Origin: Alloascoidea hylecoeti
Lineage: Eukaryota
Length of the DNA stretch: 64,000 nucleotides
Assembly: GCA_001600815.1 (NCBI GenBank)
Contig: BCKZ01000012.1
Location: 485,546 to 549,545, forward strand
Direction of reading: 5' to 3'
The translations under genes and the position numbers were made by a program. The notes beneath the pieces are model-generated. The model saw nothing but the letters and a program-made list of their open reading frames with translations, did not search any database and was not told the origin of the DNA. This document shows, in pieces, positions 59,643 to 64,000 of this stretch (positions are counted from its first letter, which is position 1; each line of letters opens with the position of its first letter).

Positions 59643-61952
59643 CTAGTTTTTGGAATACCTTTCACGGAAGACTTTGACAGCTTCAACCATATTGGTTAAT
59701 TGTCCCTTAACTTCAGGCCAAGTACGTGTTTTAAGACCACAATCTGGGTTAATCCATAATTTCTCCGGTGGATAACCAGATTTAAGAATTTCTTCAATTC
59801 TTGCAACAAATTCCTCCTTTGGTGGAGTACGTGGAGAATGAATATCAAATAAACCGAGACCAATGTGGTTAGGATAGTGGAAGAAATTCTCAATATAATG
59901 AGCATCATCCTTCTTAGAGTATTCAATAGAAACAACGTCAGCATCCAATGCCTTAATTTGGGCTGGATCCAAGTCAGAGTAACAGAAATGAGAATGGATT
60001 TGAGTATCATCTTGGACACCAGATGTAGCAATTCTGAAACCACGAGCAGAGTAATCCAAATAATCTTCACGTAATGGACCAGCACGAAGAGGAAGACCCT
60101 CTCTGACAGCAGGTTCATCGACTTGAATAACCTTAACACCAGCAGCTTCCAAATCATTGACTTCATCACGGTAAGCTAAAGCCAACTGTAAAACTTGAGT
60201 TCTTTCAGAAACATCATCTCTAGGGAAAGACCATCTTAATGTAGTGATTGGACCAGTCAGCATACCTTTAACTGGTTTACTGGTGATAGATTGGGCGTAT
60301 TTAGATTCTTTAACAGTCATAGGACCAGGTCTAGAAATATCACCAACAACAATTGGTGGTCTAACGTATCTTGAACCATAAGATTGGACCCAACCATATG
60401 TAGTGAAAGCAAAGCCTCTTAATCTTTCACCAAAGTATTGAACCATATCATTTCTCTCTGGCTCACCATGGACTAAAACATCGAGACCAACCTCTTCTTG
60501 CCATCTGATAACCATCTCAATTTCACTTTCAATGAATTTTTCGTAAGCTTCTGGGGATAATTCACCCTTAGCCAATCTGTTTCTGTTGATTCTGATTTCT
60601 TTAGTTTGTGGGAAAGAACCAATAGTTGTTGTTGGGAAGAGAGGAACATTGACAGTAGACTTTTGTGCTTCAAGACGAGTAGCAAAAGGAGATTTTCTCT
60701 TGGCATCAGCTTCTGTGATTCCAGCAACTCTTTCTTTAACTGCAGCATCATTGGTAAGTTTGGAATTGGTTCGGGCATCAATGCTCTTAGCATTGGCAGC
60801 TAAAGCCTTAGAAACATCAACACCATTAACAGCATTAGTGATGGTAACAATTTCACCAACCTTTTGAATAGCAAATGAAAACCAATCTTTGATTTCAGCA
60901 TTCAATTTCTTTTCACTTTCTAAATCAACAGGTGTGTGCAATAATGAAGAAGAGGTAGCAACAATAACATTGTTGGAACCAACTTTCTCAACGGCTGCCT
61001 TAACAGCTTTAATAGATTTAGAGAAATCATTTTTCCAAATATTTCTACCATCGACAACACCAACAGATAGAACTTGATCTTTAGAGATGATGGCAGCTGT
61101 TTCTTCTAATTGTTCAGGAACACGTGCATAATCGAAATGGAAACCAGAAACTGGTAAATCTTTGATGGCTGGTAAATTTGGTCTAACATCACCGAAATAG
61201 GTAGCCAAGACAATTTTTGGTAAACCTTCTTGAGCAGCCAAGTATTCAAAAGCAGTTTTAAATGCAGCTTGAACAGATTGGGGTAAATCAAGAACCAAAG
61301 TTGGTTCATCAATTTGAACAGTTTTGGCACCAGCATCAGCCAATTTCTTTAAGTATTGGGCATAAACAGGTAACAACTTGTCCAAGAGAGAGATTGGTTC
61401 AAGGTCCAAATGACCCTTTTCAGCTTTACCGAGGAATAAGTAAGAAACTGGACCAAAAATGACAGGTCTGGTTTCAATTCCTAAAGCTTTTGCTTCAAGA
61501 TATTCATCAACAGCCTTAGTAGAATTGAGGTTGAATTTAGTGTAATTGGCAAAGGTAGGTCTGACATAATGGTAATTAGAATCAAAGAATTTAACCATTT
61601 CGTTGGCAACAACATCAACGGCAGCAGTAGTTTCGGTTGCTTTTCTTTGGAGACCTCTACCAATTGCAAAGTAAAGATCAAGAGGAGTAAGATCGAATTT
61701 TGTGTAACGATCTGGAATAGCATTGACGGCAACAGACAAATCAAGAATGTGATCATAGAAAGAAAAGTCATTGGATGCAATGATATCAACACCAGCTTCT
61801 TTTTGAAGTTTCCAGTTATCAGATCTGATCTTCTTACCGACTGCAAGGAGCTCATCCTGGGTAGTCTTACCTTGCCAGTAGGCTTCAGTGGCCTTTTTCA
61901 ATTCCCTGAAAGGGCCAATACGTGGGAAACCGAGAACAGATGAAGAAACCAT
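59643..61952 (-). CDS. MET6: cobalamin-independent methionine synthase
   Basis: MVSSSVLGFPRIG, PTTTIGSFPQT, VHGEPERNDMVQYFGE, HSHFCYS, WINPDCGLKTR. Confidence 0.97.
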   Translation of the reverse strand: MVSSSVLGFPRIGPFRELKKATEAYWQGKTTQDELLAVGKKIRSDNWKLQKEAGVDIIASNDFSFYDHILDLSVAVNAIPDRYTKFDLTPLDLYFAIGRGLQRKATETTAAVDVVANEMVKFFDSNYHYVRPTFANYTKFNLNSTKAVDEYLEAKALGIETRPVIFGPVSYLFLGKAEKGHLDLEPISLLDKLLPVYAQYLKKLADAGAKTVQIDEPTLVLDLPQSVQAAFKTAFEYLAAQEGLPKIVLATYFGDVRPNLPAIKDLPVSGFHFDYARVPEQLEETAAIISKDQVLSVGVVDGRNIWKNDFSKSIKAVKAAVEKVGSNNVIVATSSSLLHTPVDLESEKKLNAEIKDWFSFAIQKVGEIVTITNAVNGVDVSKALAANAKSIDARTNSKLTNDAAVKERVAGITEADAKRKSPFATRLEAQKSTVNVPLFPTTTIGSFPQTKEIRINRNRLAKGELSPEAYEKFIESEIEMVIRWQEEVGLDVLVHGEPERNDMVQYFGERLRGFAFTTYGWVQSYGSRYVRPPIVVGDISRPGPMTVKESKYAQSITSKPVKGMLTGPITTLRWSFPRDDVSERTQVLQLALAYRDEVNDLEAAGVKVIQVDEPAVREGLPLRAGPLREDYLDYSARGFRIATSGVQDDTQIHSHFCYSDLDPAQIKALDADVVSIEYSKKDDAHYIENFFHYPNHIGLGLFDIHSPRTPPKEEFVARIEEILKSGYPPEKLWINPDCGLKTRTWPEVKGQLTNMVEAVKVFRERYSKN

Positions 61953-62161
61953 TTTGTGTGTATCAATTGAGGACAAAAGGGGTGTAGAGTATGGAAAAGA
62001 AAGAAAAAGAAGGTGGATCTATCAGCTTATTTATATTGCATGTATAACGTTTTCCTCACTAATAGTGACTATGACTGATTCCCGTGAAAAATTTGAATTT
62101 TGCTACGCGCACCAGTGAGCCAATCAGAAGTCTGTTGGGGAAATCAGGCTCATGCGCAAAC

Positions 62162-62170
62162 TCACGTGAC
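62162..62170. promoter_or_regulatory. Cbf1-type E-box TCACGTGAC upstream of MET6; CCAAT box at ~62120
   Basis: Exact motif about 210 bp upstream of the MET6 ATG; typical of sulfur-regulon promoters in yeasts. Confidence 0.65.
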
Positions 62171-62330
62171 ACACATTCTAGACACCATCTTACCTAATCA
62201 TATACACAAATAATGTCTTCAGATCTCCACTTCACCCCATTGAGCCGTGACTTTGCAATTGCAAGTATGCTATCAGCCACTGTACCACGAGCTTTAACAG
62301 CTCTAATCTCAAATATATATGATGATGAAG

Positions 62331-62405
62331 TGTGAATAAAAATGTAAATAAAAATGTAAATAAAAATGTAAATAAAAATGTAAATAAAAATATAAATAAA
62401 AATAT
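62331..62405. repeat. 12-bp tandem repeat (TAAATAAAAATG) x~6 in the HTS1 3' region
   Basis: Read directly. Confidence 0.85.
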
Positions 62406-62479
62406 ATACAAATTTAAAGTTTCATATGCTCGAAGCATCAAACTTCTTTGCACAACAAAATGCATATGCATATGAATTT

Positions 62480-64000
62480 CTACAAACCGGTACCTCTTAA
62501 TAAAGCCGTAATATCATCAATTCCATGCTTGGAGAGGGAAATTTCAGCAAGAGCTTTCCGCACAACAGGAACCAGCTCTCCAATAGGAACCTCTTGACCT
62601 TCATCTGCCCCTTCTCCAAGATTCAGTTTCTTAACACGGATGGTTCCTTTATGGTATTCCTCCTGCCCTAAAATGACGGCGATAGGTGCTCCAATCTTGT
62701 CCGCAGCATCAAACTGCTTCTTACTGTTAGCTTTGGCTTTCAATAAATATTCTGTAGAAATTTCAGCCTCCCTTAACTGTTTAGCAACCGCCATTCTCTG
62801 AGGTAAAAATCCGTCCCACTCTTTACCTCCTCCAAAAGCCATCACAAATACCTCTATGGCAGATGGCCTAATCTGTTCAACTAAATTCTGGCGCGATTTT
62901 ATGATAGAAAAGAGTCGTTCAATACCAAAAGAGATACCTACACATGGGATAGAACTGTTCTTCTTTCCACCAGCAAACATACCAACTAATTTATCGTATC
63001 TTCCTCCAGCCGCAATTGATCCAACTCCTACATACTCAGAAGCATCATCTTCTTCTTCCCCTTTACTTTTTTTGCTCTTCTTTTTATCTTTCCGTCCGGA
63101 CTTAGCTTGCTCTTTTAGTTCCGCAGCATTTGGTGGAGGCGCCGAAGCTTCGGTAACTGCTTCATATATCACACCAGTATAATAATCAAGACCACGGGCT
63201 AGAGACAGATCAAAAGAAAAGAATGAAGAAATACCAAGAGCATCGGTATAAGTTAATAAAGTAGTCATATCTTCAATACCTTCAACTGCAGATTCGTTAT
63301 TTCCCAAAGTTGCATCGTCTCTCAATTTGGCAATCAACTCTTTAAGTGAACCCTTTAATTTGACATATTCACCAATTTTATCTGCTACTTCTTCTGATTG
63401 GTGTTTTTCAACAACCATTTCTTTCTTGACTTCTTCCCAAGGAGATTTATCTAATTTGTCCACGGCACTTGAGATTTTACGAATATCTTCTTCCTTAACA
63501 CCACAAACTTGGAAAATACCATCGAGAATCTTTCTGTGATTGATTTTAACTACGAAATTAATACCCAATTTCGTAAGACCTTCAACAAGGATAGACAAAA
63601 CTTCTGCATCTGGCGCCATTTTATCATAAACACCCGCGATATCAAAATCACATTGATAGAACTCTCTCATTCTTCCCTTTGTCATTGCGGGTTGATCTCG
63701 TCTGTAAACCTTCGCAATTTGATATCTTTTCATGCTTTGAATATTATTCATTGCAAGATATCTTGCAAATGGAACAGTCAAATCATATCGTAACGATGTT
63801 AATTCACCACCCTGATCTTCTAAATTATAGATCAATTTTGAATCTTCACCATATTTTCCAGACAATATTTCACGTAACTCAAAAACTGGCGTATCAATTG
63901 TCTCACCCCCATGTTTCTTGAATGTGTCCGTCAACGTTTTAAAAACAGCTTCTCTGATAACCATGTCACTTTTTCCCCAATCTTTAGTGCCTTTAGGGAC
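62480..64000 (-). CDS. HTS1: histidyl-tRNA synthetase, 5' end beyond the window
   Basis: VPKGTKDW at the window edge; [54 protein letters not shown]. Confidence 0.96.
   Translation of the reverse strand, partial: VPKGTKDWGKSDMVIREAVFKTLTDTFKKHGGETIDTPVFELREILSGKYGEDSKLIYNLEDQGGELTSLRYDLTVPFARYLAMNNIQSMKRYQIAKVYRRDQPAMTKGRMREFYQCDFDIAGVYDKMAPDAEVLSILVEGLTKLGINFVVKINHRKILDGIFQVCGVKEEDIRKISSAVDKLDKSPWEEVKKEMVVEKHQSEEVADKIGEYVKLKGSLKELIAKLRDDATLGNNESAVEGIEDMTTLLTYTDALGISSFFSFDLSLARGLDYYTGVIYEAVTEASAPPPNAAELKEQAKSGRKDKKKSKKSKGEEEDDASEYVGVGSIAAGGRYDKLVGMFAGGKKNSSIPCVGISFGIERLFSIIKSRQNLVEQIRPSAIEVFVMAFGGGKEWDGFLPQRMAVAKQLREAEISTEYLLKAKANSKKQFDAADKIGAPIAVILGQEEYHKGTIRVKKLNLGEGADEGQEVPIGELVPVVRKALAEISLSKHGIDDITALLRGTGL

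Noticed and set aside
59696..61943. numerous alternative-frame and antisense ORFs over MET6 (likewise over PAT1, HTS1, ISA1, LRG1)
   Set aside because: Expected shadows of codon-biased genes; no independent motifs.

Overview
Nuclear DNA of an AT-rich budding yeast (Saccharomycotina). It has short spliceosomal introns (GTATGT/GTAAGT/GTGAGT donors, CTAAC-type branch sites, YAG acceptors) and appears to use the standard code, since CTG encodes conserved Leu in CK1. About 17 apparently intact genes: a 75-aa spliced microprotein missed by the ORF track, HRR25/CK1, NPY1, secreted PNGase A, PAT1, PEP4, LRG1-type LIM-RhoGAP, GDH2, an SCP2/POX18-like gene, OCA4, ISA1, a WOPR (Wor1/Mit1/Gti1) transcription factor, AGP3, BUG1, RPL9, MET6 and HTS1 (runs off the end). 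Large spacers hold decayed DNA: an intron-containing DIT1/PvcA isocyanide-synthase pseudogene; a 4.5-kb patchwork (kinase-like pseudogene, orphan C-terminal exon, 1.2-kb still-open dynein heavy-chain fragment joined directly to a decayed Fot1/pogo transposase); and a ~750-bp element with long inverted repeats around a coding-like fragment. Other oddities: the HRR25 start codon is split by an intron (AT|G; unspliced RNA reads AUG-UAA), and several genes change sharply from GC-rich 5' ends to very AT-rich bodies. No single clearly novel multi-gene system can be demonstrated from sequence alone. All family assignments come from recalled motifs, not database searches.
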